From positions 8,742,001 to 8,806,000 of the forward strand of contig JAGIQG010000014.1 of NCBI GenBank assembly GCA_024679065.1: a stretch of DNA of 64,000 nucleotides, in the 5' to 3' direction. The stretch comes from Sphyrna mokarran. Lineage: Eukaryota. How positions within the stretch are numbered: the first letter of the stretch is position 1; each line of letters opens with the position of its first letter. The position numbers were made by a program, and so were the translations under genes. The notes below the pieces were generated by a model. It did not search any database. It was given only the letters and a program-made list of their open reading frames with translations, and was not told the DNA's origin. Positions 39,700-53,464 of the stretch are shown one piece after another.

Positions 39700-41200
39700 C
39701 TTCTGCACTTTTCCTTCACAACATCATGAATAACATCATCATTGGTAAAATAGTGCATAGAGGCATGTTTAATCGTCAATATTAATGAACGTGGCAAATG
39801 TCCCAGAGTCATTATACTTCACAGATAACCTTTTTGATACAATAAAAGAACATTTATTATAAGTTTCTGTGACTGGTATTCTTAAGTATATTTTCAGAAT
39901 GTTTTTCAAATTTGGTAAGATTTCTCACAAACTATCACGTAAGTGATGACAGAAATCAATTATTGATCTGAAGAAAAACATCTCACCATTACTGATGAAA
40001 TTAATGAGTTATTTCACTCCAGCTCCTGGAAGAAATTGTGTCTATGTCCTCCCGGTTGAATTTAGTTAATTTCTGACTAAAAGTGGGGATCTTAGGATTC
40101 TCATATAAACATCAGTCAAAAAGCTCGGAAATAATTTAACATTGTTCTTCATAGTTTCATGTCCACTCTGCAATTGCCCAATTTTTAGTCAGAAATAACA
40201 CTAACAGACTCAAGAATGATCTTCTTTTTCCCTTTTCACATCATTTCATTGTCTCTAGATTCATCGAAAATAACTTTGTGCATCTTGGACCCTCCTCATC
40301 ATCAGAGGGGCCAGCATTTTTAATGCTAACGTAATTGTCTTTGCGTCCGATGAGATACAGTCATTTTGAAATTTCATTACAAAACTTTTAACTGAGGTTA
40401 ACAATTGTAATGCAGTCCACAAATTTGTGTCAGCATTTTGCAGTGGTTTGATGATAACATTCATTCTTTGAAGTAACTGGTTCCACAGGACAGTATAATC
40501 TGCAATATCACATCCTTCAAATATATCTAATAAGCGTATTGCTCTGAATTTATTGATTATGCCTCATAAGAATTTCTTTATAGCGGCAAATTTCCGTTTA
40601 AAAATCAATACAGTATCTGCAAAAAAGACCAAATTGTGTAACAAAATCGCTCGATCTTCGAAGAATTTGCATGCGCCTGCTTCACGCATGATTACAACGT
40701 TATCCAACGATACATAAAAACCAAAAATAAGGCATACAAGTTTAGATCTTTTTTTTAATGTACAGTTGCATCCCATTATTAGCAGCTGTATTGCATGCTA
40801 AAATTAAAGAGTGATTGGAACATGGAATGAATAATACACAGGGGCTTGCATTGTTCAGTCTTGTTTGCAGCCTTGAATATTTTCCTGCCATATTTGCATT
40901 TTCATAAAATCTGTGGCTCCAATTTTTTTTTTTTTGAAAGGTTTTCAAGAAATAAGTTGTCTGCGGGGACTAAAAATTTGGGATTGTACGTTGAGAAAAC
41001 CGGAAAAATCCCCTCTCTCTCTTAAAAATGTTGAAGACGTACCTAAAATAGTGTCAGTTTTAGCCAACGCAAAGCGAGTGTTTAATCAACTATTACGGAA
41101 TCATATTTAGATTCTTTAACTTCACTTTAGGAGTTTCCTTTCTGAACGCAGAGTGCTGAGGTCCAGTTCCCCAACGCAAGCAATCAGGGTCACTTATTTA
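39700..41200 (-). mobile_element. hAT-superfamily DNA transposon, transposase pseudogene
   Basis: Minus-strand motifs appear in the correct order: EVKESKYDSVIVD*T (first catalytic D), YENANMAGKYSRLQTRL (YDNAxNMxG), FIPCSNHSL (CxxH), NVIIKPLQNADTNL and LPNLKNILKIYLRIPVTETYNKCSF (hATC dimerisation, normally IPVTxxxxERSFS). Confidence 0.82.
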
Positions 41201-41449
41201 TCATATCAAATTAGAAGGAACCTTTGGAAAGCGAATGGCATACAGGAGACAGACAAGTCACATTAACGTTCGTGGGAAAGTCAGGAAAAGTCATTTCGAC
41301 AGCAATATCCAACAGGCATTTGAATGGGCCTAACTTGCATGAAGTTGATCTTTCTCTACACTTTAGCTTCTAACTGCAACACGGCATTCTGCAATCTCTC
41401 GTTTAATTCTCTATGAAAAAAAATGCTTTATCAATATTTTGTGCAGCGT

Positions 41450-41632
41450 TCATTACCACACTTGCGGGTTGCTAATTTCAGACCCTAACAACGTGTTCTG
41501 TAACATTTTGAATATTTCATTCTGCTTTTGATTCTCCTGTAAATAACTGAAAACTCTGTCCTTTTTTGTCAAATCTCCCTTTGCGGATACCTCTCTACAC
41601 TGTGATAGACCGTCATTATTTTAAACACATCG
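41450..41632 (+). repeat. Direct repeat copy 1 (decayed CR1-derived); copy 2 at ~46200-46390
   Basis: Both copies share the strings ttctgtaacatt, tatttcattctg, tttgattctcctg, aaataactgaaaa and cactgtgatagaccgtcattattttaaa. Confidence 0.8.
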
Positions 41633-43435
41633 GTGTATAAATGAGTTTTAAACGCAGAAACGTCCGAACATTGTTGAAAAGCCATTGAGAAAGAAGTTTT
41701 GAACAATAAAAAAAACAGTCCTTTCAATTTAGAAAAAGAAGAACAAAGAGCCCTCAAACGGGCATACAGGAGGAAATAATCTTACAGAGGACATGGAAGA
41801 CTGGGAGACTAATAAAGTAACACATAGACATCGAGAGAACGCAAGAGTAACAGAGATGCACAGATAGACAGAGTTTGTGAGATCATCATGCAGACTTTGG
41901 GAAAAGGCACAAGAGAAAGCTGGAGAGAGAGAGAAGTTTTGCACAGGGATGTTTGAAAACACGTTGTATTTACTTAACTCTTTTCTTTTAGGGAACTGTT
42001 CCAATGATCTTCACAGACATGTTAAATGGTAACAATTTTACACCAATCCAAGCAGATAGTAGGAACGAGAGGAGGATTTTATGCCACTTCCTACATGAAA
42101 GAGAAACAAAAAAAAGACTACTTTTTGTTTAACTGCGGAATTCCTAAGCATTGCGCTTCAACAGTAGAAGTTCCCTAGTGTTGAAACGATTAAAATGGGG
42201 GATCAATGGAAACAATGGATTCTGATAGGGATCGGAAAAGAGTGCAAATATACGGAGAGTCGTGGTGGTTAAATGAGTTGACAAAAATAATAATAACGTT
42301 GGGAACTGAGAAAGATTAGAAATACGGGATGGGCATGGGGACTGATGAAGGTAGAGTTCTGGAGATGCTTGAAATATTAGGTCAGCATACAAAATTCGAG
42401 AAGGTTATATTTCAAATGGAGCTGAAAAAAAAAATTAGGAAGCCAATGAGGGCAATAACATATAAAAATCTTGGGAAATACAGTATGTCACGGAATAAGT
42501 GTGTCTTATCGGAACTGGAAAAGATTTCAAATATTGATGGAATTTTGCTGCTGGGAAATGTGTCAGAGATAAAGAACGTTGTATGAACAAAAGACGCGTA
42601 CATCGTTGTGCAAGGGCTATGGACTGTAAGATCGCAAAGTGGTAGGGGACTCGACGGGGGTCGGAATATTTAATGAGTTCGGGAGGAAACAATAGCTTTG
42701 AAAAAATGCAGCATTTTAACTCAAGGTTTTGGTGTACATTTTTCAGAAAGATCAGATTGCACACGGGATGATTTGTGTGTGAGGCTTTCTGTGATTAAGC
42801 CATAGATTGTACAGAGGGTTGTTATGGAGTGTGTAAGTGGAACATTTGACAGAGTTGCTTTGGACTAATGTCTGAACAAGGTGTTAAATGGTGGACGCTT
42901 TGAGCAGATTCTGACAACAGAAATGAGTCGGGTGAACTTATTGTTTAGAATAAACGTGAAGGAGTAGACATGCGTTCAGATCTGGCGATCAGTATGACTT
43001 CTGCGGACTTGATTGGGAACAGGTACCAGGGACAGGCACGATTCAAGATGAAATGAATCGCACCCCCTCACCCCTCTGGCATCCCCAACCCCCGAGTTTT
43101 TGTCTCCTATATCACATATAGGTAGTCAGGCAAGACGGCGTCACTGTTTGACACAGGAAGGAGTTTGTGTGGAGAGATATAGTTGGTGGAATACAAAGAT
43201 CATAGATTCAATATATTTTTTTCGAATATTGCTGATAAATGTTGTTGAAGCTCAAATGCCACCGGTCTACCAGTTAGCATTCTACTCTATATTAAGTATA
43301 AATTGTCTTTTTCGGGTTTTTGTCGGCCGTTATTGCGAAATGTTCAAGTGACTGTAAGGCGGGGAACGTCAAAACGACGCTTGCATCAGCAATCATGAAG
43401 TGCTGCACGATCAAAAAAGTCAACACTTTCTAAAT

Positions 43436-43610
43436 GGAGGTGGGATGGATGGATGGAATGGATGGATGAATGGATGGATTGACGGGAGGATGGACAGATG
43501 GACAGTTAAACAGATTGATGAAATAGTGGACAGGTGAAGCGAGCAATGGATAGGAGGGAAGAAGGAAAGACGGATTGATGAAGGAGGGATGGTGAGATGA
43601 GTGGTTGATA
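43436..43610. repeat. (GGAT)n-like degenerate tetranucleotide repeat
   Basis: ggatggatggatggaatggatggatgaatggatgg... Confidence 0.85.
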
Positions 43611-43755
43611 AATGTACGAATTGACTTGCCTGTCAATAACACCTCTTTGATATTTTTAGTCCTCGAGGGTTTTTTTTTTGTTCCGTTGTGCCGCCGGTGG
43701 TCAACTCTTGCATCAAAGCACTGAATCTTGGGGCAGATTCCAACTTAATTGTTTA

Positions 43756-44630
43756 TTAATTTAACAATCGATGTAACGGATATTTCACCATACTCTTCAA
43801 TTGCTCTCTGAACTTGGACTGAGTCGCCACGTAAATAAATGTATTTGTGCAACAGTTTAAATCCCGTAGCATATACGCAATTTTTTCAAAGTTATAAAAA
43901 GATTCAGCATCGAATCCATCACCGACGTCAAAAAAGTATAAAAGATACACCAACCACAGAAGAAGGAAGCTGCCAGGAATGGTGAACAGCAAAATGATTG
44001 ATTTCATTCTGTTCTCTATCTCTGGATCACTGTGATTCTCCCCCTTGTTCTGACCTTTCAGCTCTTTACGTTTTCGACTGCTCAGTAAAATATGTTTGAC
44101 GGTTAGGGCGTTGAGCAACAGAATTAAACCAAATGGTATCAATGGGGTTAAAATCTTTTCAAATTTTCTAAATCCAATCCATCTTGGATCAGTGAAGTAG
44201 CTTCGCTTATTATAACAGTACCATGGTACATTCTCAATGATCTTTTTCGGTTCAAATCTGAAGTAGATGGGAATGTTTTTTAAACAGAGCAAAATGCCAA
44301 TTGTAGATAGTATCAACACCGCAGTTTTCTTGGTGCAATATTTAGTTTTCAGAGAATGACAACAAATGGCGACATATCTATCAAAACTGAAAGCGACAGT
44401 AAACCAAACAGAGCAGTCCAGGGCCGCACGCAAAAGTGCATAGCGAACACTGCACACAGGGGTAATCCATAGGAAATTAATTCTGAAATAATATTCATTG
44501 ACGCGCCTGAGAATGACCTCAGTAATAATGACCACTAGATCCGCAGTTGCCATTGCCACCAGGTATTGAGTGGTGCAGTTGGAGAGGCCACAATTGCCAC
44601 ACGACAGAATGACGATTGCAAGTCCGTTAA
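43756..44630 (-). CDS. GPR139/GPR142-like GPCR gene D, coding exon 2 (spliced product 313 aa, intact)
   Basis: Acceptor tatttctcttacAG ends at 44631, and G+TT gives V-N-G-L-A-I-V. Motifs: CGNCGLS, YLVAMATADL, TPVC, SVWFTVAFSFDRYVAIC, NVPWYCY, LLLNALTV and NCCTNTFIYVATQSKFREQL. Confidence 0.92.
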
Positions 44631-45510
44631 CTGTAAGAGAAATAAGAGTCAAGAAACTGGAAATTATTAACATGCACCTGCCACTCCGAAATACATATGA
44701 CGTGATATTTAGCGTCGAAAACTGGGGATCAGGACCGGGTCGGCCTCTGGTGAACCTCAAACTTGACATCAACCACGCTTCTGCTCGCACGTTCGCGTCC
44801 GGATGACCAGTGCACCACTTCCAAATGACTACATCCCCATCCTTCAACCTGCTCCCAGGTGCCTTCAACGAGGGGAACCATCCAGGCCATTTCTGAGACA
44901 ATGACTGAGTGGAAACCTGTATTTCAGGACCAAAAGATGAATATCCATATATTCCACAAATAAAAAGAAACAGTCTGAATACGAGAGTGGTGAGAATGTG
45001 GAATTGCAAACAATTGGAGTAGCTGAGAAGAAATGTGTTGAAGAAAAAGCAAGATTTGCAGATGGGTGAAAAGGAATGAAAGTTAGATGAGTTGGAAAGA
45101 AAGAGCCCTTAAAGTAATTCTTGTAGACAGACATAGATTATTTGGGATGAATGACTATAATTTACACATGGAATATTAACTATTCATACCCATCAGTGTG
45201 TTTTTTTTTTAATACTGAAATAGATTATTGATTAAAGCACTGCACCCATAGCGCAGTGAACTTCATAATACTTCATAGGGAAAACGATCATTCAGAATCT
45301 AAAATTTGTCATTGATTCTACATAGGAAGCAATCGTTCAATGACAGAAAATGTAGCAAACTGCTGAGACACTTCTGAAAATAGCATGCATTTATTCTACT
45401 GAAAGGATGTTGAGAATTAGATCGAATTTAACTTTATCATTCATATATTAAGTTTAGAAAATACGCATGCAGAAATTTAATCATCCCGATTGACTTTTTT
45501 GGAAACTTAC

Positions 45511-45577
45511 CAGGCACACCAACTATACCAAGAACCATGTAGAATATTTTTCTGACCCATTGAACTGGTCGATGCAT
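45511..45577 (-). CDS. GPCR gene D, coding exon 1 (MHRPVQWVRKIFYMVLGIVGVP-G)
   Basis: ATG at 45577, 22 codons plus 1 nt, consensus donor G^GTAAGT at 45510. Confidence 0.9.
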
Positions 45578-45638
45578 TTTTGTGTGTGAAGTCAATCCGT
45601 CACTTTGTACAACAGACAATGCATTCACTGTGCATCGA

Positions 45639-45677
45639 TTTTATGCACTCCATGATCTCCAGGGAGTTAGTGACGTT
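45639..45677 (-). promoter_or_regulatory. Putative gene D promoter: O/E-like site plus TATA-like box
   Basis: The minus strand reads aacgtcactaacTCCCTGGAGAtcatggagtgCATAAAA, ending ~60 bp before the ATG. Confidence 0.45.
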
Positions 45678-46199
45678 TCAGAATGGTTCATTTTCTTCAA
45701 TTTAGAACAAACAGATTAACGAAACCTGTTGACGGAATATGCAAGATACTGAGAACTAATCGAACCAAAGAATATCTCATCATCTGATCACTTTTTTAAA
45801 AAATATATAAGTGCAATCCATGCTAAACAGCAATGGGCATGTACCCGTAAACAACAAGGCATACATTCTTTGATCTCATATTTTTGTTCGGAGATGACAT
45901 TCAGTCTGAGTCACAATTCAGTAGTTAAACCCCTAATATTAGAGCATTCTTTTAATACTTTGTGTTCTGAATTGTGCCTGTACATTAAGTTTTGGTATTC
46001 GATTCAATAAAAAAGAATCGAAAGAGATCAAACTATATAACGCTTGTACATAAGCTGTTGACCATTTGGTTGTTCGTGTCAGAGTCAGCTGTCTACAAGA
46101 TCAACTTAGTTCATAGTCTTTAGTTGTCCGTGGCTCTATCATTGTTGCAAAACAAAAGTTCTCGTTAGTCGCTTATTCAATTTGCATCTGACTGAACTT

Positions 46200-46390
46200 G
46201 GCACCACCACACTAGCAGGCTTCTGATTTCAGATCCTGACAATTTATTCTGTAACATTCTGATTATTTCATTCTGTTTTTGATTCTCCTGCAAAATAACT
46301 GAAAAAAAAAAATATCCTTTCTTGTGTCAAACCTGCCTTCGTGAACATCTCTCTGCACTGTGATAGACCGTCATTATTTTAAAGAATCTG
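46200..46390 (+). repeat. Direct repeat copy 2
   Basis: See 41450-41632. Confidence 0.8.
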
Positions 46391-47559
46391 TGAGGTTGCC
46401 GGAAAAAGTTCAGTCAAATTCTACACTGCGTTGATTTCATTCACATGTTTGTTCAATTGCCATGTCCAGTCGAGGATTGGGTTTGCAATCTCCCTCTATC
46501 TCTCACTCTGCCCTCAAAGCAACGCAGGTTCAAACTACCGTATATTAATTCAATACATTGATGACTGTAACCGTGCGATGACAATATGGTATTGACATGT
46601 TTTCCCTTTTAAGGGGAATATTTTAAAATTCATTTTATACAGGCAGTCTATCTGGAAGGGATAGAGTTAGTATGCCAGAGGAACAGAGAGATTACTTATT
46701 TTAGCCATATGATATATAGTTGGGAATATAGTCATAAGTTGTGTTTTAAATTGGAGACCCATTTATTTTTAACTGTGCTAACGACCACTGCACATGAGCG
46801 TGCACAAATTCTCAGCATCTAACACTGAGAAGTTTATATATTTCAATTAGAGCGCCTCCATTCTCCATATTAAGAGAATTCCAAACAAATTCTTCTTTTC
46901 ACTTAAGACAGACCTTTCTTTACTTTCCCGGGATCAACTAGCTAGACCTTTTCCGAATCTGCTCCTTTATTGGCGTCGTAAAGACTATATTCAATCCATA
47001 TGAAGGTTACTTAATTGTATTCCCATATCGTACATAACATAGCGGTGAATTTGATTAAGTCCCTCCACTGCTTCTTTCCCAAGCGAAGTTTAAAAATCAA
47101 TATCTTCAGATGAAAATATTTCATTCTCTTCAATAATGACACTGATGAATCGCTTATTCGTCCAATTTTTGAGGTTGTCGATTTGGGGGTGTGGGTCTTC
47201 CTCTGTTAATGATGCCAACTCCACATGTCCTGAAGATTTTGAATGGTCTTCTTCCAATATAGCAACTATGTCAATGCAGGCCACCTCCCTCCAGTTCTCC
47301 CTGACCAATCCCACCCCTCACCATAACCCGCACCCCTCCCCCCAAACACACACACACACACTCGTTTTCTCTGAAAATCACAATCAAAATCAGAATTAGC
47401 ATGCTCTCATTGTCCCCTTCTCTTCTGCAGCTTTTGTTTGCCTCCAATGTTGTGGCTGGTTATTTAAGTGCCAGCCCTGATTTTCTCACAAGCATCCAGA
47501 TAAATATAATTATTCTGGCAAAAAAAAACAAAACAATCAGTGGGTCTTTGATGAAGTTT

Positions 47560-48980
47560 TGACTGCCTCGTTTTGGAACGGCGGTCAGACGCTGGTGTAC
47601 TTCACACGCAGGTGGTGATCTTTTGTTTTCAGACTATGTAGTGTCACCTTTCCGTTGAACTACCTTCTCGGTAGTGAAACCAGACGACTTATTTCTTCTG
47701 CCAAATGCACAGCCTGATATATGACGTGTTGTTCCTTTTGATAGGGTTGAGGGGTTTTCAGAAATCGTCGTTAATGTTAGCGTTCTTTTACCAGGGCCTC
47801 CGTAATGTCTGGGCTATGGTTATCTTGCATCACAGCTTTCTCCCGTCTGGAATCGTGGGTACCATCAGGGAAGCCGCTCCTCAAGAATGTGTTTCTCCTC
47901 TCAATGTGCTTTCCACTGATTGGTGGAGAGATGGACTGTGGATGATGGGATGACCAGGGTCAGCAATTTGGTGGGTGGTGAGGGATGGGCTGAATGATAC
48001 CTTGCGAGTTGGCTCAATATACTACAATTGGCATCCAGCTCCTCATTGACGGTATATCTGGACTCAAAACAATAATGCTTGGACACAATATTACACAGCG
48101 TGCCGAGGATCCACACTGGTGTGGTGGAATCCCGTCCGAGCATACCCCTGTTCGGACGGAAACCCACATTGTCCGCAAATCAGCACCCGTTTCCTCAGGG
48201 ATTGAACCCCACAGTGTGAGAAACATCGCGTCGGTGCCCTCTTCCAATGCACAACGGGATTCTCTTTATGGGTATTCCTGCACACCTTCCACTTCTATGC
48301 TCCAACAATGGAGGACGCTCTATGGAGAGATCCTTCCCCTCTTCATCGGGCTGAAGACTAGTGCATGTAGTATTACATGAAACCGAAAATGTCACTTGTC
48401 CCTGGGCTCCCATATAACTTGCCGTTTTTGTGATGCCATGGAGTCCGTGAACCATGTCTAGGTTACTTGTTTTAAGCCGCACTCCTTTCAATTATTGAAA
48501 AAAATATTCTTACTGATATTCGGTTTGCATTTCACACCCCATTCCTGGTTTATGGACACTGTGTGGGGTCTGCGGGGAAGGAAGCAGATTGTCTCATGCA
48601 CCTGCTCCTCGGCCTGGCTCAGTATGTTACATATTTCAGCAGGCAAACCCGGGTTTTCTTCATTCCGTCTGTCTGCCCGTCAACTGCCGCTCTATTCACA
48701 GATGGGTGTCTCTGGACAGGGAATATGAGCCGTCTGAGGTACCGCTGAGTCCTTTCTTGATGTTTTGGACATTGGAGGGACTGTCATATTTTAACCCCGT
48801 TTAAGCACATTTTGGACCAATGCATTAAATTTCCTTCTGCGTCGTGGCTTTTTACGGGTGTTTTTTCGTCTTTTAATGGGGCTTTCATTCCGGGTTTCTT
48901 ACTGTGTTTAGTTGAGTCCGTTTTATCGTTTGTAACAAAAGGAAAAGTGGATGTCATACAGCGATAGGCCAACCTTGCGG
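47560..48980 (+). mobile_element. Tx1/L1-clade LINE, decayed 3' part of ORF2
   Basis: Plus-strand fragments FYQGLRNVW, QWRTLYGEILPLFIG, the zinc finger CRFCDAMESVNHV*VTC, and CLMHLLLGLAQYVTYFSR are typical of the Tx1 ORF2 C-terminus. Confidence 0.7.
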
Positions 48981-49070
48981 AAATTTGGAAAGCAATTTTC
49001 AAAAAACGGTAGCTAGAAATCTATAAACAATTGTTAAAACGGATCGAGGTTACCACAATCTCAAGAAGTT

Positions 49071-49102
<32 letters not shown>

Positions 49103-49110
49103 ATATATAT
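49071..49110. repeat. (TA)n microsatellite
   Basis: Directly visible. Confidence 0.95.
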
Positions 49111-50964
49111 GCGTTCTTTGGCAATTCATGCAAACAGACTCACAGCGCATTTCCCTCACAGGCAACGTAACTCATGCCTTTGCCTTTGGTTCATGAATTT
49201 GCACCAAATAATCGCGTCTGCTCAGTGGTGTGCGAGATGGCAACTGTTTACTTTTCACTAGGCCTTCACAGATTTGAGGACTGCATTGATTTCAGGGCGC
49301 TATTAGTGGAAAGAACAAAGACAGAGAGATGGATTTCATAAAAGGATAAAAAGTTTAATCTGGAGTTTTTTTTGTGGCTCAGTGTAAATTCACAAAGTTC
49401 ATTCGGATGTGGTTTGAACTCAATGAATAACAAAGTTTAGAAATGTAAATAGATCTGTGGGACATAGGTTTTGTTCATAAATGCTCCATCAATTATTCGC
49501 CTTTAATTTCCCCCGTATCATTCAGGAAGTGGCTCAAAGTTATCCCGAGAAAACATTCAAAATGTTGCTCCTGCATTAGCCTCCAAAGACAACTCAAAAG
49601 AACTTCTCTTTGACTGTGTAGTGTTCTTGGTAACAGTCATATACATATTCTATCTTAACTTTGCCGTTATCGTTTCAGATGCTGCCATCCCCTGTTTAGA
49701 TTTTTCAGTATTCTCTGCCTCTATCAAATTCTTCTCGGGTAGCCTTTTCGACGTTTTGTATTTGAGTTGAAGTCATGCATTGACTAAGTAGATAAAGACA
49801 CCGCTGACGTATGAATTTATGATAACCAATTTACTGCATGGGCACTCTAATCATCTGAGTCACAACAGTAAGTTTTCAAAACCCATTTGTGATGATTTTA
49901 TTGGCTCCTACTACAACCATGCGAATTACGAAATGTCAACTGCATTGTGTTTTCAAAGCTTTGAATATGACAATTACTGTGGTCAGATGTAAGGTGTTTG
50001 AAATTTCTTTGGGGGTAAACACAGGGACAATTACTGGTTTATGAAATTGCAAAACAATTGAAGAAGACGTTGTTGAAAAGTGTGATATATTCCACTCGAA
50101 AACAAGGCCGTTTTCGGAGTAAGGTTTATGGTGATAAATAAAATATGATGGTGTCATATTTTATTACATCACTGAGCCCAAAGTCAGAATTCAAAATCTT
50201 CCATATATATCCTTCCCCACACTCTCCTGGATAATGTGCAGTGACACAAATTAGTTCTTTTTTTTTCCTTTGCTCTCATCTGTCACTGGCAACAATTCGA
50301 AGCGCTTCCTTCAGCACCAACTTCCGAAGTCATATTGACCCAATCGGGTTTCGACATGTTTGCAGCAAAGTCAAATGGTTTATTCGGAATTTGTTAGGTT
50401 GATTTGAACTTCACAACATGCTGCCTCCATGTTATTTCTTGTCGATTTCAGGTTGGTCATGTCCTTTCTTCAGTCCTTAATGTTACACTGTTCAATTGTT
50501 ATGCAGCCATTTACAATCTTAACTGGACATATGTTTTGTCTCTTTGATATGAATATTGTCACTTTCTTTGTAATTTGCATCATGAAATGTCTTCCAACTT
50601 CCCTATTTCCCCACAAATGTTCTCTTTTGTCTACCTTGTCCCTCTCACTCCGTTTGTGTAAAACTTGTTATATTTATATATTTATTCTTTTCTGAGGAAA
50701 TACCATCAACGAGAATAATTTTGACTCTCCCCATGGATGCCCAACAGCTTGTGAAGTGTTCCAACATTTCCTTGTTTTTATAAGATTTCCAGCTGTTTGC
50801 TTTACGAGCTGACAGCATGGTTTTGAGCCAAATCTGAGATATTGGTTTAATTCATGTAATTATTTAAGTGCTTTAATATACAACATAAATTGGTAAAGCC
50901 AGATTTCATTTTCACTGACATATGTTTCATAATACAATGCTCTAAACAACAGTAAAGATCTGCT

Positions 50965-52193
50965 TAGAACATAGAACATAGAACATAGAACATTACAGCA
51001 CAGAACAGGCCCTTCGGCCTTCGATGTTGTTCCGACCAAAATAAAAAGCAATGCCCCTTCAAACTAAACCATTCCCTTCTCTTCCATATACTTATCAATT
51101 AACCTCTTAAACGCCACCAAACTTGGCGGATCTACGACAGCTGAGGCAGGGCATTCCATTCCCTAATCACTCTTTGAGTAAAGAACCTACCTCTGATATC
51201 CGTCCTATAACTCATACCCCTTAATTTAAAGCTGTGTCCCCTCGTGCTAGCTTTCTCCATCCTAGGAAAAAGGCTATCACTGTCCACCCTATCTAAACCT
51301 CTAATCATCTTATATGCTTCAATAAGATCCCTCTTAGCCGCCTCCTTTCTAACGAAAACAACCTCAAATCCTTCAACCTCTCTTCATAGGACCTGCCCTC
51401 CATACCAGGCAACATCCTGGTAAACCTCCTCTGTACCCTCTCCAATGCCTCCACATCTTTCTTATAATGTGGACCAGAACTGCACACAATACTCCAAGTG
51501 CGGCCGCACTAGAGTTTTGTACAGTTGCAACATGATGCTGCGGCTCCTAAATTCAATCCCCCTGCCAATAAAGCTAAGACTCCATATGCCTTCTTAACAA
51601 CTTTATCCACTTGACTGCCTACTTTCAGGGATCTATTGACACATACACCAAGATCCTTCTGTTCCTCAACACTATTAAGAGCCCTACCATTAGCCCTATA
51701 CTCTACACATTTATTGTTCCTGCCAAAGTGCATTACCTCACACTTTTCCACATTAAACTCCATTTGCCACCTCTCGGCCCAGCTCTGCAACTTGTCCAAG
51801 TCACTCTGTAAACTAAAACACCCCTCTTCACTATCTACCACACCACCAACTTTAGTATCATCTGCAAATTTACTGATCCATCCCTCAATACCCTCATCCA
51901 GATCATTTATAAAAATTACAAACAGCAGGGGCCCCAAAACAGACCCCTGAGGCACACCACTTGTCACCGAACTCCACGATGAATATCTCCCATCAACCAC
52001 CACCCTCTGTCTTCTATCTGCCAGCCAATTCCTCATCCAATTAGCTAAATCACCCTCTATTCCATACATCTGCATTTTCTGCAGAAGTCTTCCATGGGCC
52101 ACCTTATCAAACGCCTTACTAAAGTCCATATTAAATCCTATCCCTAATTATACTCTCCAATACTTTGCCCATAACAGAAGTAAGACTCACTGG
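50965..52193 (-). mobile_element. Young CR1 LINE, 5'-truncated, with an internal deletion near 52130
   Basis: Tail (tagaaca)x3 and ORFs 51509-52129 (DFSKAFD...[13 protein letters not shown]...FADD) and 51305-51487. It is almost identical to 30128-30790 over the shared part. Confidence 0.95.
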
Positions 52194-53464
52194 CATGACT
52201 GGACGAATTTTCAAGGATGGAGAGCTTAAAGACGGATTTTTTCTTATGGATAGGGAGAATTATAGGGACGGAAGGCTGATGTATAGAAAGGAATTGTCGG
52301 TCTGGATAAGGTTACAAAGAATGCGGGAATTGCATATCCAAGCACATGAATAATGCTTACAGCCAGACTGTTGGTTAGGAAGTTAGGCATTACTATATAG
52401 ATGGTTGCATATTACAGTGATAGATTCTGAATGTGCATGCGAACTGGCGGCGTACTCAATATCTCTGTTCCTGCGCCATGGCATTTTTTCTCATTACTGA
52501 AGTCCTAAGCACCACGTCCCTCTCTTACCTAGAACATCATGCGCAGTATATAATGATTATTATCAGATTCTTCCGGCAAGAGATTTCTAGCCCTCGTTTG
52601 GCAGTTGTGCTCTTCTGAATTGAAGATTGCTAATATTTTAAACAGTAGACCATTTGTGGCAAAAGGCTTTACGACTTTTTTTTATGTTGTAAGAAGCATG
52701 ATACGAATTCTAACAGATTATTTTTCTATTTCGATTGCAGTAACTGAAAGATCACAGGACACAAAGAAGAACACAAAACGACAGAGAAAGAGGCGTTACT
52801 AGCTAATTATTTGCTTTAATTCAAATCATAGTTGCCTATAACGCGAACCACTAAAATTTTGAAATGAAAAAAAATGCTCATGCCCTGGATTTCAATGACC
52901 TAATTTCACTAATGTGCACTTTTTGCAGTGCTTCAAGATATCGAACATAGAATTAGGACTCAAACATTTGCCCCTACGAATCTGTGAAGCCAGTCAGGAT
53001 GATTATGGCAGATCCAAACAACATACTCCCGGCACTTTCCTCGTATTCTTGACAATGTGTTTCCTTCATGACTTCCTTGCACTGATCACTGTGGAAAACA
53101 ATTAGAATAGCATATATTGTTCTTGTAGTCAGAACACAAGAAAGTATGAAACCACCAGACATTATACAGAAATGAAAAGGCATTTATCTGAAATTGGAGA
53201 ATTTTAGCTAAAGGGAGGGTTCAACAGAATGTTTGTACTTTGTTTAAAGCAGAGCTGAGCGGAAGTTTAAGGGAGGTGAGTCAAATTCTGAAAATGTTAG
53301 ATTGTTATTAGAAATGATTTATTTAGCACATAACGTTGATAGCAAAGCAGCAAGCATTTTAATTTTAATTCATTGGTCTCTTCATTAGAGGAGAGTTGAG
53401 TATGTTTTAATCAGTGATGATAGGAAATTACTCCAAGTATGTTAAACTATTATCACCAGTACAA

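Noticed and set aside
44631-45009. Apparent 125-aa N-terminal extension of the 417-aa ORF
   Set aside because: It is intron read-through: a consensus acceptor lies at 44631, and a paralog-type exon 1 lies at 45511-45577.
50200-50800. Possible Penelope-like 3' remnant (similar faint signals near 23400-23700 and 61500-61620)
   Set aside because: The resemblance is from memory only and no motif could be read reliably.
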